From: Bdellovibrio sp.
GTDB taxonomy: Bacteria; Bdellovibrionota; Bdellovibrionia; Bdellovibrionales; Bdellovibrionaceae
Assembly: GCA_046318155.1 (NCBI GenBank)
Contig: JBKCUU010000011.1
Coordinates: 38,922-102,921, forward strand
Length of the DNA: 64,000 nucleotides
Direction of reading: 5' to 3'
Part shown: piece after piece, positions 9,997 to 20,004 of the stretch
How positions within the stretch are numbered: position 1 is the first letter of the stretch
How the letters are laid out: each line of letters begins with the position of its first letter
The notes under the pieces: model-generated
What the model saw: the letters and a program-made list of their open reading frames with translations, nothing else
Databases searched by the model: none
What the model was told of the DNA's origin: nothing
Position numbers and translations under genes: made by a program

Positions 9997-10422
9997 ATGC
10001 GTCTCGTGCTCCAAAGCCAACTCAAAACTCGCGAAGACTCAAGCCTGCTTGATCGGCTTGGGATTTTCTTGTCGGCGCTTTGTATGCTTCACTGCCTGGT
10101 GACCCCATTTTTGATTTTGTCGCTGCCAATCATGGCCCGCTACTATCTTTTGCATCCTTACTTTCACTTTTTTATGGCGGCCGTTCTTTTGCCCTTGGGT
10201 CTTTTTGCCTTTGCCCGTGGCTACCGCTATCATCACAACAAGTGGGTTTGGATCTGGGGTCTGCCGGGTTTGTTTTTGGTGGTGATCAGTCCATTTATTT
10301 TGCACGAATATCAGGCACTGGGTCCCGAACCCCTATGGATTTCAGTCGGGAGTGTCTTGCTCGTCGCGGCCCATTGGAAGAACCAGCAGTCCTGCAATTG
10401 TGCCGTTCATCAACACCGCTAG
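9997..10422 (+). CDS. MerC-domain membrane protein
   Basis: DRLGIFLSALCMLHCL, GYRYH, AHW.N motifs; four TM segments; C-terminal CNCAVHQH. Confidence 0.85.
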   Translation: MRLVLQSQLKTREDSSLLDRLGIFLSALCMLHCLVTPFLILSLPIMARYYLLHPYFHFFMAAVLLPLGLFAFARGYRYHHNKWVWIWGLPGLFLVVISPFILHEYQALGPEPLWISVGSVLLVAAHWKNQQSCNCAVHQHR

Positions 10423-10444
10423 TTTTCATTTCACTTTCATTTGG
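10421..10444. promoter_or_regulatory. Recurrent motif, copy 1 (AGTTTTCATTTCACTTTCATTTGG)
   Basis: 20/22 identical to the reverse complement of 24425-24446; 17/19 identical to 63958-63976. Confidence 0.55.
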
Positions 10445-10486
10445 TTTTCATGAAAAATGGGGCTTCAACTTACTTGGAGGACCTTC

Positions 10487-10879
10487 ATGGATTCATCTCG
10501 TCGCGAATTTTTTAGAAAGACCCTGACCGTTGTGGGACTCGGTCTTGTTTTACCCACTCTACTCTCTCGTGTCGTTCAAGCCGAAGAGCGCCGCCGCTCA
10601 CGCGATGCAGGTGCCAAGCCCGGCGAGCTTCCCATGGTGAAGCCCGGTGTTGGGATGGCCGTGAGTCTGAACTACGCCGAAAAGCACAGCGATATCAAAG
10701 ACGCCAAGCTCAAGACGGAGCGTTCAGGGGTCCCTTTTGAGAAGCAGTACTGTAACAATTGTCTGCTCTATTCAAAAGAAAAGGGCGCTGGCGCCGCCGA
10801 AGTCGGAAAATGCCAGCTCTTTGCTGGTCAGCTCGTCAAAGGACAAGCTTGGTGCACCTCTTGGGCAAAAAAAGCCTAA
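10487..10879 (+). CDS. High-potential iron-sulfur protein (HiPIP), Tat-exported
   Basis: SRREFF Tat motif; CNNCLLY...CQLF.G..V...AWCTSW four-Cys pattern; GGAGG RBS. Confidence 0.9.
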   Translation: MDSSRREFFRKTLTVVGLGLVLPTLLSRVVQAEERRRSRDAGAKPGELPMVKPGVGMAVSLNYAEKHSDIKDAKLKTERSGVPFEKQYCNNCLLYSKEKGAGAAEVGKCQLFAGQLVKGQAWCTSWAKKA

Positions 10880-10892
10880 GGCCTCAAAAAAA

Positions 10893-12581
10893 CTACGCCG
10901 TTGGTTTGTCGCGCAAAGCACGGCGTAGGATTTTTCCGACATTGGTTTTTGGCAGTTCAGCTCTGAACTCGATCAACCGGGGAACTTTGTAATTCGTGAG
11001 CGTGCGTTTGGCGTGCGCAATCACATCATCGGCTTTGAGGCCGGGGTCTTTTTTGACCACAAAGGCCTTGACGACTTCGCCCGATTTATCATCCTCAATA
11101 CCGATCACTGCAACCTCAAGAACGCCGGGGTGAGTTGCGATCGCATCTTCGACCTCATTGGGATAAACATTAAATCCCGAAACGATGATCATATCTTTTT
11201 TTCGGTCGACAATCTTGAAATAGCCTTTTTCGTTCATCATCGCGATATCGCCCGTTTTCAGCCAGCCGTCTTGCAGAGTTTTTGCGGTTTCTTCAGGACG
11301 TTGCCAGTACCCTTGCATGACCTGCGGGCCCTTGGCAAAAAGTTCGCCCTCTTGTCCCTGCGGGACTTCCTTGCCGTTGTCATCCATGATGGCCACGATT
11401 GTGGAGGGGAGCGGAAAGCCGATCGTGCCGACGATGTCTCCGCCCGCAATGGGATTGCAGCAGACAACGGGGCTGGCTTCGGTCAGGCCGTAGCCTTCGA
11501 ACACAGGTGTGCCGGTCAATTGTTTCCAGCGATCGCTGACCGCTTTTTGCAAAGCCATGGCTCCAGCGACTGACATTTTTACTTTTTTGAAATCGATTTC
11601 TTTAAAGTCGGGATGGTTCATCAACCCATTGAAAAGAGTATTAACCCCGGTCATCACGGTAAAAGGAGTCGTGCGCAAAGTTTTTATAAAGGCGGGGATG
11701 TCGCGCGGGTTGGTGATCAAAACATTGTGTCCACCAAAACGCATGAAGGTCAGGCAATTCACGGTGAGCGAGAAGATGTGGTAAAGCGGCAAGGCGGTGA
11801 TCACCACTTCGGCGCCGGGTTTTAACACAGGCTTCATCCACTCAACGATCTGCTGCATGTTGGCCATGATATTTCGGTGCGTAAGGACTGCGCCTTTTGA
11901 AAGGCCTGTGGTGCCTCCGGTGTATTGCAAAAAGGCGATGTCGTCGAGCGACAGATCAACGACCGAGTGCTTTGCTTTTGCGCCCAGCTCTAGAGCTGAC
12001 TTCCAGCTGTAGGCTTGGGGGAGAGAGTAACTCGGGACCATTTTTTTCACGTACTTAACAACGGTGTTCACGAGCAAATTTTTAGGAAAGGGGCACGCAT
12101 CACCAATTTCGGTGATGACGACCGATTCAATGTGAGTGTCTTTGATGATCTCTTGGAGGTTGGCGGCGAAATTGGCTAAAATGACAATGGCCTTGGCGCC
12201 TGAATCTTTAAACTGATGGCGCATCTCGGTTGGTGTGTACAAAGGATTGGTGTTAACGACGATGAGGCCTGCCCGAATCGCCCCAAACAGAGCGACGGGA
12301 AACTGCAAGAGATTGGGCATTTGCAAGGCGATGCGATCGCCTTTCTTAAGCTTCAATTCATTCTGAAAGAAAGAAGCCATGTGGGCAGACTGTCTTTCGA
12401 GATCACCAAAACTCAAAGTGACACCTAAGTTGGTAAAGCAAGGAGAGTCTTTGTAGGTGCGAACCGCTTCATCAAAAACGGTCAGAATGGATTTGTAGGC
12501 CGAGAGATCGATCTCAGGGACGACGTTTGCGGGGTAGGATTTGAGCCAAACTTTTTGATTCGCAACGGGTGTTTCAAGCAT
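10893..12581 (-). CDS. fadD: Long-chain-fatty-acid--CoA ligase
   Basis: YTGGTTGLSKG, EGYGLTEASP, GWLKTGD, LPKTNVGKILRR motifs. Confidence 0.93.
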   Translation of the reverse strand: MLETPVANQKVWLKSYPANVVPEIDLSAYKSILTVFDEAVRTYKDSPCFTNLGVTLSFGDLERQSAHMASFFQNELKLKKGDRIALQMPNLLQFPVALFGAIRAGLIVVNTNPLYTPTEMRHQFKDSGAKAIVILANFAANLQEIIKDTHIESVVITEIGDACPFPKNLLVNTVVKYVKKMVPSYSLPQAYSWKSALELGAKAKHSVVDLSLDDIAFLQYTGGTTGLSKGAVLTHRNIMANMQQIVEWMKPVLKPGAEVVITALPLYHIFSLTVNCLTFMRFGGHNVLITNPRDIPAFIKTLRTTPFTVMTGVNTLFNGLMNHPDFKEIDFKKVKMSVAGAMALQKAVSDRWKQLTGTPVFEGYGLTEASPVVCCNPIAGGDIVGTIGFPLPSTIVAIMDDNGKEVPQGQEGELFAKGPQVMQGYWQRPEETAKTLQDGWLKTGDIAMMNEKGYFKIVDRKKDMIIVSGFNVYPNEVEDAIATHPGVLEVAVIGIEDDKSGEVVKAFVVKKDPGLKADDVIAHAKRTLTNYKVPRLIEFRAELPKTNVGKILRRALRDKPTA

Positions 12582-12732
12582 GATGAACCTCTCAGATTTA
12601 TTGAGGTTTTAGTTTGCATCAGGATTTGGGCGGCTGTCGAACAATTTGCCACTTCTAGAACGCTGTTATGGTTCTTTGCTGCCGAAGAAGGGCGTAACCA
12701 CCTGAAATGAGAGCGCTTTTGTTTTGGCTCCG

Positions 12733-12748
12733 GGGCCCCGGCCTTGCT
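12733..12748 (+). promoter_or_regulatory. Possible sigma54 promoter
   Basis: GGGCCCCGGCCTTGCT has GG-N10-GC spacing, about 20 bp before ATG 12769. Confidence 0.4.
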
Positions 12749-12768
12749 CTTAGCAGGGGGTGGAGGCC

Positions 12769-14121
12769 ATGATGAAAAACTGGAAACTTGTGACACTCAG
12801 CCTGACCGTGATTCTTGGTACGGTCGCCTGCTCAAATCAGAAGGACTCCAAACCTGAAATCGGCCGCGCCGGAAATAGCACCCCTGTACCTGCTGGGCCG
12901 AAAGCCAAAGCCACGGGTGAAAACACGCCCCAGGATGTTTTGGAACTTCTCAAGACTTTAGAAATGTCGCACCAAATGTTTCAGCAAGTTTGGTTTCATG
13001 TTTGGCCCCAAGGCCGTCAAGAGATTGAATCGCCCTTTTTCGCTCTCAAAAAGCGTTTGCTGCGTCACCAAAAGGGCAATTCTGGCTGGGTCGAGACGTT
13101 TGAGCAGTGCCCCAGCTATGCCAGCAAGTTGACGATCCAAAAACAGACCATCGGTGGACGCGAGTTGATCTCGAAGCTGAAGTTGTCGCGAGTCTCTTGT
13201 CAAAACCGCGTGAGTTCTGATGTCGCTGAATTGACGTTTAAGCCCCAAGAAATTCTGATCAAAATGCATCGGGGTCACTTTCGCGATGGTTTTGGTCTCA
13301 GCCTTGAGACCGTGGGCGGGGTTGCTCAATGCCGGATTCTGCTCAATGCACAGAATAAAATGGAAAACTTAAAATGTGTGGGACTTGGTCAAAACCGGGA
13401 GTCCGAAACGCACGTTGTTTTTGACCATTTCGAGTACAGCCGCTCGTCACAAAAAATGATGATTATCCGTGGTTCAAAGTACCACAAGTTTCAAAAATCT
13501 TGCGAAGTTCCAGAGCCTCGTCCTTGCATTGACATCACTGTTCCCTTGGCTGGTGCGATCCGGATTTCTGAAAACTTGGTGCGCACGGAAGACCGCGAGC
13601 AGTACGAAAAAGAATTGCGCCGGATCGAGTTTGAAAACAAAAAAATCGAATCGGTTCAAGCTCAGGAACAAACGCGGCCTGCTAAGCCGGGAGCAAAACC
13701 CGGTCAAGCGCGGCCGACCTTTGGTCGCCCTGCACCCGAGCCTTTGGATGGCGAGATGACGGATACGCGCAACGCGCCCGGGTCTGCGAACGGTCTTCGT
13801 ACCCGTCAGACTGGAGCTTCCGGAGCACCTGCTCAAACGGCGCCGACCGAGCAACCCGAGCCAAAGCCCATGAGTGAGCGTGAACTGCGCGACCGTTTGG
13901 GGCTCAGACCCGAAGAGCCCTTGCCGGAGTATGTGCGTCCCGTTGCTCCCGAAGCTTCGGTTGCATCTCCGGGCCAGACCGTCGTTGACGCCGTCACCGG
14001 TCACCCAGTTGAGCCTGAGACTCTGTATACGTTGCCCGCAGAATTGAATCCCTCAGAACCCGCAACGCCGGAGGAGCACGAAGCTGCGCCGGTTCAAGAG
14101 GGGCGAGAACAAATCCGCTAA
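12769..14121 (+). CDS. Hypothetical lipoprotein with Pro/Glu-rich disordered C-terminus
   Basis: Lipobox TVAC; Cys-containing globular core; low-complexity tail; GGAGG RBS. Confidence 0.75.
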   Translation: MMKNWKLVTLSLTVILGTVACSNQKDSKPEIGRAGNSTPVPAGPKAKATGENTPQDVLELLKTLEMSHQMFQQVWFHVWPQGRQEIESPFFALKKRLLRHQKGNSGWVETFEQCPSYASKLTIQKQTIGGRELISKLKLSRVSCQNRVSSDVAELTFKPQEILIKMHRGHFRDGFGLSLETVGGVAQCRILLNAQNKMENLKCVGLGQNRESETHVVFDHFEYSRSSQKMMIIRGSKYHKFQKSCEVPEPRPCIDITVPLAGAIRISENLVRTEDREQYEKELRRIEFENKKIESVQAQEQTRPAKPGAKPGQARPTFGRPAPEPLDGEMTDTRNAPGSANGLRTRQTGASGAPAQTAPTEQPEPKPMSERELRDRLGLRPEEPLPEYVRPVAPEASVASPGQTVVDAVTGHPVEPETLYTLPAELNPSEPATPEEHEAAPVQEGREQIR

Positions 14122-14205
14122 TGCCACTTTGCAGCTTGCTGGGATTGATCCCTTGATTTGTCCGTGAAGATTGGATTCTCTAGGTCCTAGACCTCGGGAG
14201 GATCC

Positions 14206-14862
14206 ATGGCAAAAAAAGCAGTCAAAAAGACAAAGAAGAAAATCGCAAGAAAAACGACCAAAAAAGCAATCAAGACAGCGACTAAAAAAGCGACTAAAAA
14301 AAGCTCTTTAAAGGCGTTTCAGCAGCCAGCGAAGAAGACACTCGCAAAAAAAGCGGCTGCGCCTGCAAAAGGTCGCGTTGTGGGATCTTCGAAAGTCCAA
14401 GTGGGTGAAGTGGTTCCGTCCTTTACAGTGCCGGCGACTTCAGGTTCAGAATTTGATTTGCAAAAATTCAAAGGGAAAAATGTTGTCCTTTATTTTTACC
14501 CCAAGGATGCGACGCCCGGTTGCACAATCCAGGGGCATGAGTTCACCAAACTTCTCCCGGAGTTTAAAAAAACAGGCACCGAAGTTTTTGGCATCTCTCG
14601 CGATAGCATCAAGTCGCACGAAAAATTTAAGGCCAAAGAGTGTTACACCTTTGATCTTTTGAGCGATGAAGACGAAGCCTTGTGTCGTCTTTTTGGCGTC
14701 ATGAAGGAAAAAAACATGTACGGCAAAAAAGTGTGGGGGGTTGAGCGCAGCACTTTTTTGATTGATCGCGAAGGCAGGCTTGCAGCCGAATGGCGCGGCG
14801 TTAAAGCCGAAGAAAATGCGCAAGAAGTCCTCAGCAAAGTTCAAAGTTTGTCTGTGACATGA
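14206..14862 (+). CDS. bcp: Peroxiredoxin Bcp/PrxQ with N-terminal Lys/Ala-rich extension
   Basis: YFYPKDATPGCT and ERSTFLID motifs; about 55 aa K/A/T-rich N-terminus. Confidence 0.93.
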   Translation: MAKKAVKKTKKKIARKTTKKAIKTATKKATKKSSLKAFQQPAKKTLAKKAAAPAKGRVVGSSKVQVGEVVPSFTVPATSGSEFDLQKFKGKNVVLYFYPKDATPGCTIQGHEFTKLLPEFKKTGTEVFGISRDSIKSHEKFKAKECYTFDLLSDEDEALCRLFGVMKEKNMYGKKVWGVERSTFLIDREGRLAAEWRGVKAEENAQEVLSKVQSLSVT

Positions 14863-15536
14863 AAGTATATGATCTGACGCCCTTGATTGAGCCCGAGCTC
14901 GCCGTGTTTCCGGGCGATGTCGGTTACACGCGCGAAGTTTCAATGGACTTTAAGAGGGGACAGCACCTTTTGCTGTCGGCATTTCGAACCACCTTCCATC
15001 TTGGTGCTCACGCGGATTCAAGTTCGCACTACCACGCCCAGGGTGAAGGTATCGATAAGCGAGATCTGCAAAGTTATTGCGGATGCACGCAAGTGATCAA
15101 AGTTGCCGTTAAACGGGGAGAGAGGATTGGGGTTGCTCATTTAAACGATCGTCCCATTCTTGCTAAGCGAGTTCTGTTTTGCACGGGGACTTTTCCGAAC
15201 CCGCGTGTTTGGAATTCTGATTTTGCGAGCCTGTCTCCAGAGCTTATCGAGTATTTAGATCATCAAGGTGTGCGCCTCGTCGGAATCGATACACCCAGTG
15301 TTGATCCCGAAACATCCAAGGGACTTGAGTCCCATCATGCACTTTATAAAACTCAGATGTCTGTTCTGGAAGGCATTGTTTTGGACGGAGTGCCCGAAAG
15401 CCTATACACGCTGGTGGCGCTTCCGCTGCCATTCAAAGATTCAGATGCTTCACCGGTACGCGCGCTGCTCTTTGAAAAGCCCGATTTGTTTTCAGAGCAA
15501 GCTTGGAGTGTGGTTCAAACGCGATCTTCTTGGTAA
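14859..15536 (+). CDS. kynB: Cyclase family protein, probable kynurenine formamidase
   Basis: HLGAHAD (HxGxHxD), GIDTPSVD, ASPVRA motifs. Confidence 0.8.
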   Translation: MKVYDLTPLIEPELAVFPGDVGYTREVSMDFKRGQHLLLSAFRTTFHLGAHADSSSHYHAQGEGIDKRDLQSYCGCTQVIKVAVKRGERIGVAHLNDRPILAKRVLFCTGTFPNPRVWNSDFASLSPELIEYLDHQGVRLVGIDTPSVDPETSKGLESHHALYKTQMSVLEGIVLDGVPESLYTLVALPLPFKDSDASPVRALLFEKPDLFSEQAWSVVQTRSSW

Positions 15537-15569
15537 GCCAAAGTTTACCAGGGTGCGCGCGGCGGCGGC

Positions 15570-16070
15570 TTAACTCTTTTCTTTTTCGCGAGTTCGGAGT
15601 GCCAGCAGGACCAAAAAATCCCCCAGATCAGAGCTGCATTGAAAAAAGAGGCCATGCCCCGACAGCGCGGATTTCGACATCGCTAAGTTCTGACCGATGA
15701 TGGCCGTCGGGAATGAAGGCTCAAAATCAAAACCATCTTCGTTGATGTCTTTTCGAGCGCTGGCGTAAACGATGTTTAAAATCTCACTGGCGGCATCCGC
15801 ATTTTCGACTGTGATCTTGTCGATTTTTTCTCCCAGCATTTGCTCGATCAACTTGAAATAGGTTTTTTCAGGAAAGCCAATTGAGAGCGATCCCGCATAG
15901 CCACTCGACTTCATCGGAAGCGTACTCAGGCAGTCGATCGAATAGAGCTCAGCGGTCTCTGGCTTCATACTGAGGTTGCGAACCTGAGCTTTTGTTGAGA
16001 GCTGGACGTGGAATGCATTCACGATTGATTTGTCAATATGGGCGGGGATCGCCTTAATTTTTCCGCTCAT
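15570..16070 (-). CDS. cheX: Chemotaxis phosphatase CheX
   Basis: DAASEILNIV ExxN motif and P..I.G; coupled to cheY. Confidence 0.85.
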   Translation of the reverse strand: MSGKIKAIPAHIDKSIVNAFHVQLSTKAQVRNLSMKPETAELYSIDCLSTLPMKSSGYAGSLSIGFPEKTYFKLIEQMLGEKIDKITVENADAASEILNIVYASARKDINEDGFDFEPSFPTAIIGQNLAMSKSALSGHGLFFQCSSDLGDFLVLLALRTREKEKS

Positions 16071-16465
16071 TTTTCAGTTACCTTTTTGTGGGCTTGCTCA
16101 AGCTTTTCCCGCAGCGTTTGCGTCGTAAACGGCTTGATAATGTAATTGGTGACGTCGAGTTGCAGTGCCGACAAGACCTGGTGCGATTCGGATTCGGCCG
16201 TCAGGAGGACAAAAGGCAATTTTGCAAAATTTTCGCTTGCCCGCACTCGCTTCAAAAGCTCGAAGCCTGTGCAGTTTGGCATGTTCCAATCCGAAATAAC
16301 AAGCTCAATTGGTGGTGTGGATGAATTCAAAATTTCCCAACCTTGAAGGCCATCAATGCCATCCTGCACATCGGTAAAGCCAATGTCCTTTAGCGCTTTG
16401 ACGACGATCTTTCGCATTGTCATCATGTCATCAAGAATGAGAATCCGTGTCGTGGGTGCAAACAT
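16067..16465 (-). CDS. cheY: CheY-like response regulator
   Basis: ILILDD, SDWNMP, LLTAE, YIIKPF receiver motifs. Confidence 0.9.
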   Translation of the reverse strand: MFAPTTRILILDDMMTMRKIVVKALKDIGFTDVQDGIDGLQGWEILNSSTPPIELVISDWNMPNCTGFELLKRVRASENFAKLPFVLLTAESESHQVLSALQLDVTNYIIKPFTTQTLREKLEQAHKKVTEK

Positions 16466-16482
16466 GTCGATCCTTCACTAGA

Positions 16483-16509
16483 GTTTCGGTGATCAAGAAA
16501 ATCACTTGA
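16483..16509 (-). promoter_or_regulatory. Probable sigma28 (FliA) promoter of cheY-cheX
   Basis: Minus strand TCAA-N15-ACCGAAAC versus consensus TAAA-N15-GCCGATAA. Confidence 0.6.
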
Positions 16510-16684
16510 GTCCGAAAATAGTGTGAAGTGTGTCGAAAAAAAAAACGAGACCTGATATTGCTAAGATTCTACGAAGACGATGGAGAGCGACCCACGATGG
16601 CGAGGGTCATGTTAGACTCAGAGAAACAGTTGTCTGAGGTTTGAGATGATAGAGCTCGCGTCATTTGCCGCCTAGACCAAGGGA

Positions 16685-17563
16685 CTAGTGGATCGTTTGC
16701 TGAATCCAGTCGTACATCGCCGGGATCGAAGTGTAGACGCCTTGTTGGACGCAAGGACCGTCACCCCAACTTGTCGCACCAACCAATGTGAGTTGATTGC
16801 CCTCGACCATGTAGGCAGGACCACCAGAGTCGCCCGAGCAAGCCGTTTGACCATTCGTCACCTTGTAAGCGAACTGCACGGGATTTAGAGCGGCATTGTC
16901 GACGGTCACTTCTGTTTTGCGAAGTTCATTTGATGCAATGGGAAAGGGAGCTCCCCGAGTCACGCCGTAACCAGCAAGAACCAGCTTAAGTCCTGCAACG
17001 AGGCGAGCGGGTGAGTCCAAAAGTTTTGCGGCTTTGTAGCCAGCAGGGATGGACGAGTTCAAACGGATAATCGCGATATCGTAAAACGCGACACCGTTGC
17101 CTGCTTTTTCGAGAGCATCCTCAGCCATCACGTAATCGGGGTGAACGGTTGCGGATTTCAGCTCGATCCACTGCGTGCGCGAATCATCAATCGATTTGAC
17201 CAACTTTAATCCGAGACCAATTCGCAGATTCGGTAAAAGTTGATCGACGGTGAGGTCAAACATTTTGGCGACGTCAGCCAGGCAGTGAGCGGCCGTGACA
17301 AGAGTGTCGCTCGCGATGATCGTGGCCGTGCAAAAATTTTCAACACGTGTGGAGTCCGGAAATTTTAAATACAGAGCAACGGTTGATTTTGAAATCACGT
17401 CATCCGCGGTCACGATTCTACCATTGACAATCGTTGTCGTTGCATCAGGGCTTGCAAGCTCGATGGAGCGAGCAGTTTGACCTTCAGGACTGCACCCAAG
17501 CGCAGTCAAAACTGAAAGGCTTGCCACGGTGATTTTGAGTAGTTCGATCAAATTTGCTTTCAT
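16685..17563 (-). CDS. Trypsin-like (S1) serine protease lipoprotein
   Basis: Lipobox ALGC; IVNG, TAAHC, DIAIIRL, CSGDSGGP motifs. Confidence 0.93.
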   Translation of the reverse strand: MKANLIELLKITVASLSVLTALGCSPEGQTARSIELASPDATTTIVNGRIVTADDVISKSTVALYLKFPDSTRVENFCTATIIASDTLVTAAHCLADVAKMFDLTVDQLLPNLRIGLGLKLVKSIDDSRTQWIELKSATVHPDYVMAEDALEKAGNGVAFYDIAIIRLNSSIPAGYKAAKLLDSPARLVAGLKLVLAGYGVTRGAPFPIASNELRKTEVTVDNAALNPVQFAYKVTNGQTACSGDSGGPAYMVEGNQLTLVGATSWGDGPCVQQGVYTSIPAMYDWIQQTIH

Positions 17564-17793
17564 TGGTTCCCCCCGGCGAAAAGCTGCTGGTTGTTTCCAA
17601 CGAATCACGCCGCTGTGCAAATCACATTTTGTTATCTGGCACATAAGTGATCTCCCAAAGGATGGCGCTAAGTAATAGATTTAATTGGCATTTGTGTTAA
17701 ATTTCCGGACTCTTTAAAAAATGTAACGCGTCGCAATATTTGCTGTTTGAGGGCGTGTTCAAGGGGCTCGCGGCCTGGTGACTTGGAACAGAA

Positions 17794-20004
17794 TTAGAAA
17801 ACCTGTTCGATCCCCACCATCACGCTTTGGGGTTTGCCCGGACGCAAACCGAAGGGACGCCAAGAAACGGCGTACTCTTTGCCCAGAAGATTGTCGACCC
17901 GAGCAAACAGATGGCCCTGCCTGGTGTACTGATACCGCGTGTTCCAGTCGATGATACCGTAGGCTGGCAGTTGCAGTCGCCCTTGGCTGACCGACTGGTC
18001 ATAGACCGCGCTCGTGTATTGAAAGAGCAGCTCTTGTTGCCATTTGCGAAATTCGGTTCCAAAGGCCAAGGTTCCCTGAAAAGCAGGGATGTAAGGAAGC
18101 GGATCCCCGGATTGAATTTGGCCCGTACCCCATTCTGGATTTTTGGATTCACTGTTCTCGGCAAACTGCGCCGAGAGCCAAGTCATATTCGCGCGGATTG
18201 GAAGTCCTAGAGAACCATAACGAAAGCGTTTGGCGAGTCGTCCTTCAAGGCCATACACCTTAGCTTTACCGCCCGAGTACTCTTCATTGAGTTGATCATT
18301 GGTCGAGCCCGAAGCAAAGCTCGCGGTGCCTTTGATATTTTGGTAATCGTTAAAAAAGCCTGCAAGCTCAGCTTGAACTTCAAGATCTTCATTCAAATAA
18401 CGAGAGAACACTTCATAGTTGATGCTCTGTTCAGGATCCTCATCATCAACGGCGTTGACGCCAACCAGAGTCAGTCCGCGAGCCACGGTGGATCCCACTG
18501 TCCAATTGTCGGTGACTTTGTAGGCCAGCCCCGCGCCGGGCGCAAAACCCTCAACGGATTTGGACTCAGATTCGCCGCTGAGATCATTGTTCATTGCGTA
18601 CTCAACCGATTCGGCTCGGCCCATGAACTGAAATCTCCAGCGGCGAATATCCATCTCGTAGCCCACACCCAAGGTTCGCGCCGAGGCCGAATCACGGTTT
18701 TGCGCGGTTAGTAGCGAGGTGGGCGTCACCCGCTCGAGCTGGCCTTGAGTCATCGAAAAATAGTCGGTGCGGTGGTGACGCTCGATCTGATCTTGGTGCA
18801 AGCGAAAGCTGACCGACAAACGGTGTTCTTTCTCGCCTTGGGTAAAGCTTTGCCAAAGTTCGGTTTGAACGCCTTGGCTATAAAAGAAACGGTCATTTTG
18901 AATAACGGCCAAGTCTCCGCCCGTTCCAATCGAAGAGGAGTCTTCTTCGCCAGTCAGGACTTGGTAATAAGGCAACTGCCTCCCGGTAGGATTTCGCATG
19001 ACTTGGTCGATGCTCATCGCCTGATTTCGAAATCCGTTCAGGCGGTTCCAATTACGATGAAAATCGTGACGGTAAGCGGTCGCTTTGATGGTCCCCTGAC
19101 CTAAGAGCTGCTGGTAATCAAACTGAAGACGCGTGTGTTTCCAGCGCATCTCATCTTGAGCGCTCGAGGCGTAACGGCGAAACGGATCTTGGGCAAAATC
19201 ATTGGCGGTCAGGCCCGTGTAGGTCTCATCCGAAATTTCATCGGCGTAGCCCAGTTTAAATCCCACTTTGGCTTGGTGGCTCGCTCCCGGCAGTTCGTAC
19301 TCGGATTTCATCAAGAGATCATTTTTTGAAAAACCCGTGGACTTATCATCGGGAAGTTTTTTGAAGCCATTCGACTCGGCTTTTGAAACATTAAGCAAAC
19401 CCGCCAACCCGTTCGATTTGCCGCCGCCTTCGAGCAAATAAATTTGCTGACCAAAGGATCCACCCGAAACTTGGGCGCGCGTTTGATTTTGCAGCGGAAT
19501 GGGGCGCGTGCGGTAATTGATTGCGCCGCCAATTGAGTTCGGACCATACGGAACGGCGGCAAGTCCCTTCATGACTTCGAGGTTACCCGTATGAAGCATC
19601 GAGGGCGAGTAGTAAGCAGCAGGAGCGGCGTAAGGTGCGGGTCCAATCAGAACGCCGTCTTCGAGGAGCACCACTTTGCGCGAGCGGTGGGGATGGGTTC
19701 CGCGTAAACCAATGTTGGGGCGAAGACCCATGCCATCTTCTTCTTGAATCTGAACACCCGGAACCTGCTTCAGAGCACGGTTCACGTCTTGAATTTTTTG
19801 ATTTTGTAAAACCTGAGATCCTACGGTTTGCGAGGCCGACACTTGATCAAGACGTTCGCGGTTATCAAGAATCCGGATCGTCTCCAGCGTCGTCGTTTTG
19901 CTGTCTGCGGGAGCCGAGAGGGCGGCGTCTGGCATTTTCTCGATGGAAGTCGACTGGGCCCACAGGGGTGATGGAAGAAGAGAAAAAAGTAAAATGATCA
20001 TCAT
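17794..20004 (-). CDS. TonB-dependent receptor (FecA-like)
   Basis: Signal peptide; plug motifs RPNIGLRG and YGPNSIGGAINY; C-terminal Phe. Confidence 0.9.
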   Translation of the reverse strand: MMIILLFSLLPSPLWAQSTSIEKMPDAALSAPADSKTTTLETIRILDNRERLDQVSASQTVGSQVLQNQKIQDVNRALKQVPGVQIQEEDGMGLRPNIGLRGTHPHRSRKVVLLEDGVLIGPAPYAAPAAYYSPSMLHTGNLEVMKGLAAVPYGPNSIGGAINYRTRPIPLQNQTRAQVSGGSFGQQIYLLEGGGKSNGLAGLLNVSKAESNGFKKLPDDKSTGFSKNDLLMKSEYELPGASHQAKVGFKLGYADEISDETYTGLTANDFAQDPFRRYASSAQDEMRWKHTRLQFDYQQLLGQGTIKATAYRHDFHRNWNRLNGFRNQAMSIDQVMRNPTGRQLPYYQVLTGEEDSSSIGTGGDLAVIQNDRFFYSQGVQTELWQSFTQGEKEHRLSVSFRLHQDQIERHHRTDYFSMTQGQLERVTPTSLLTAQNRDSASARTLGVGYEMDIRRWRFQFMGRAESVEYAMNNDLSGESESKSVEGFAPGAGLAYKVTDNWTVGSTVARGLTLVGVNAVDDEDPEQSINYEVFSRYLNEDLEVQAELAGFFNDYQNIKGTASFASGSTNDQLNEEYSGGKAKVYGLEGRLAKRFRYGSLGLPIRANMTWLSAQFAENSESKNPEWGTGQIQSGDPLPYIPAFQGTLAFGTEFRKWQQELLFQYTSAVYDQSVSQGRLQLPAYGIIDWNTRYQYTRQGHLFARVDNLLGKEYAVSWRPFGLRPGKPQSVMVGIEQVF

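Noticed and set aside
9997..10422. Mercury resistance locus
   Set aside because: No merA, merR, merT or merP nearby
16536..16545. A10 tract as a phase-variation switch for cheY
   Set aside because: Lies outside the predicted sigma28 promoter spacer; no supporting evidence
16570..16650. Two small hairpins as a possible sRNA
   Set aside because: Short stems; more simply terminator-like structure downstream of the protease gene
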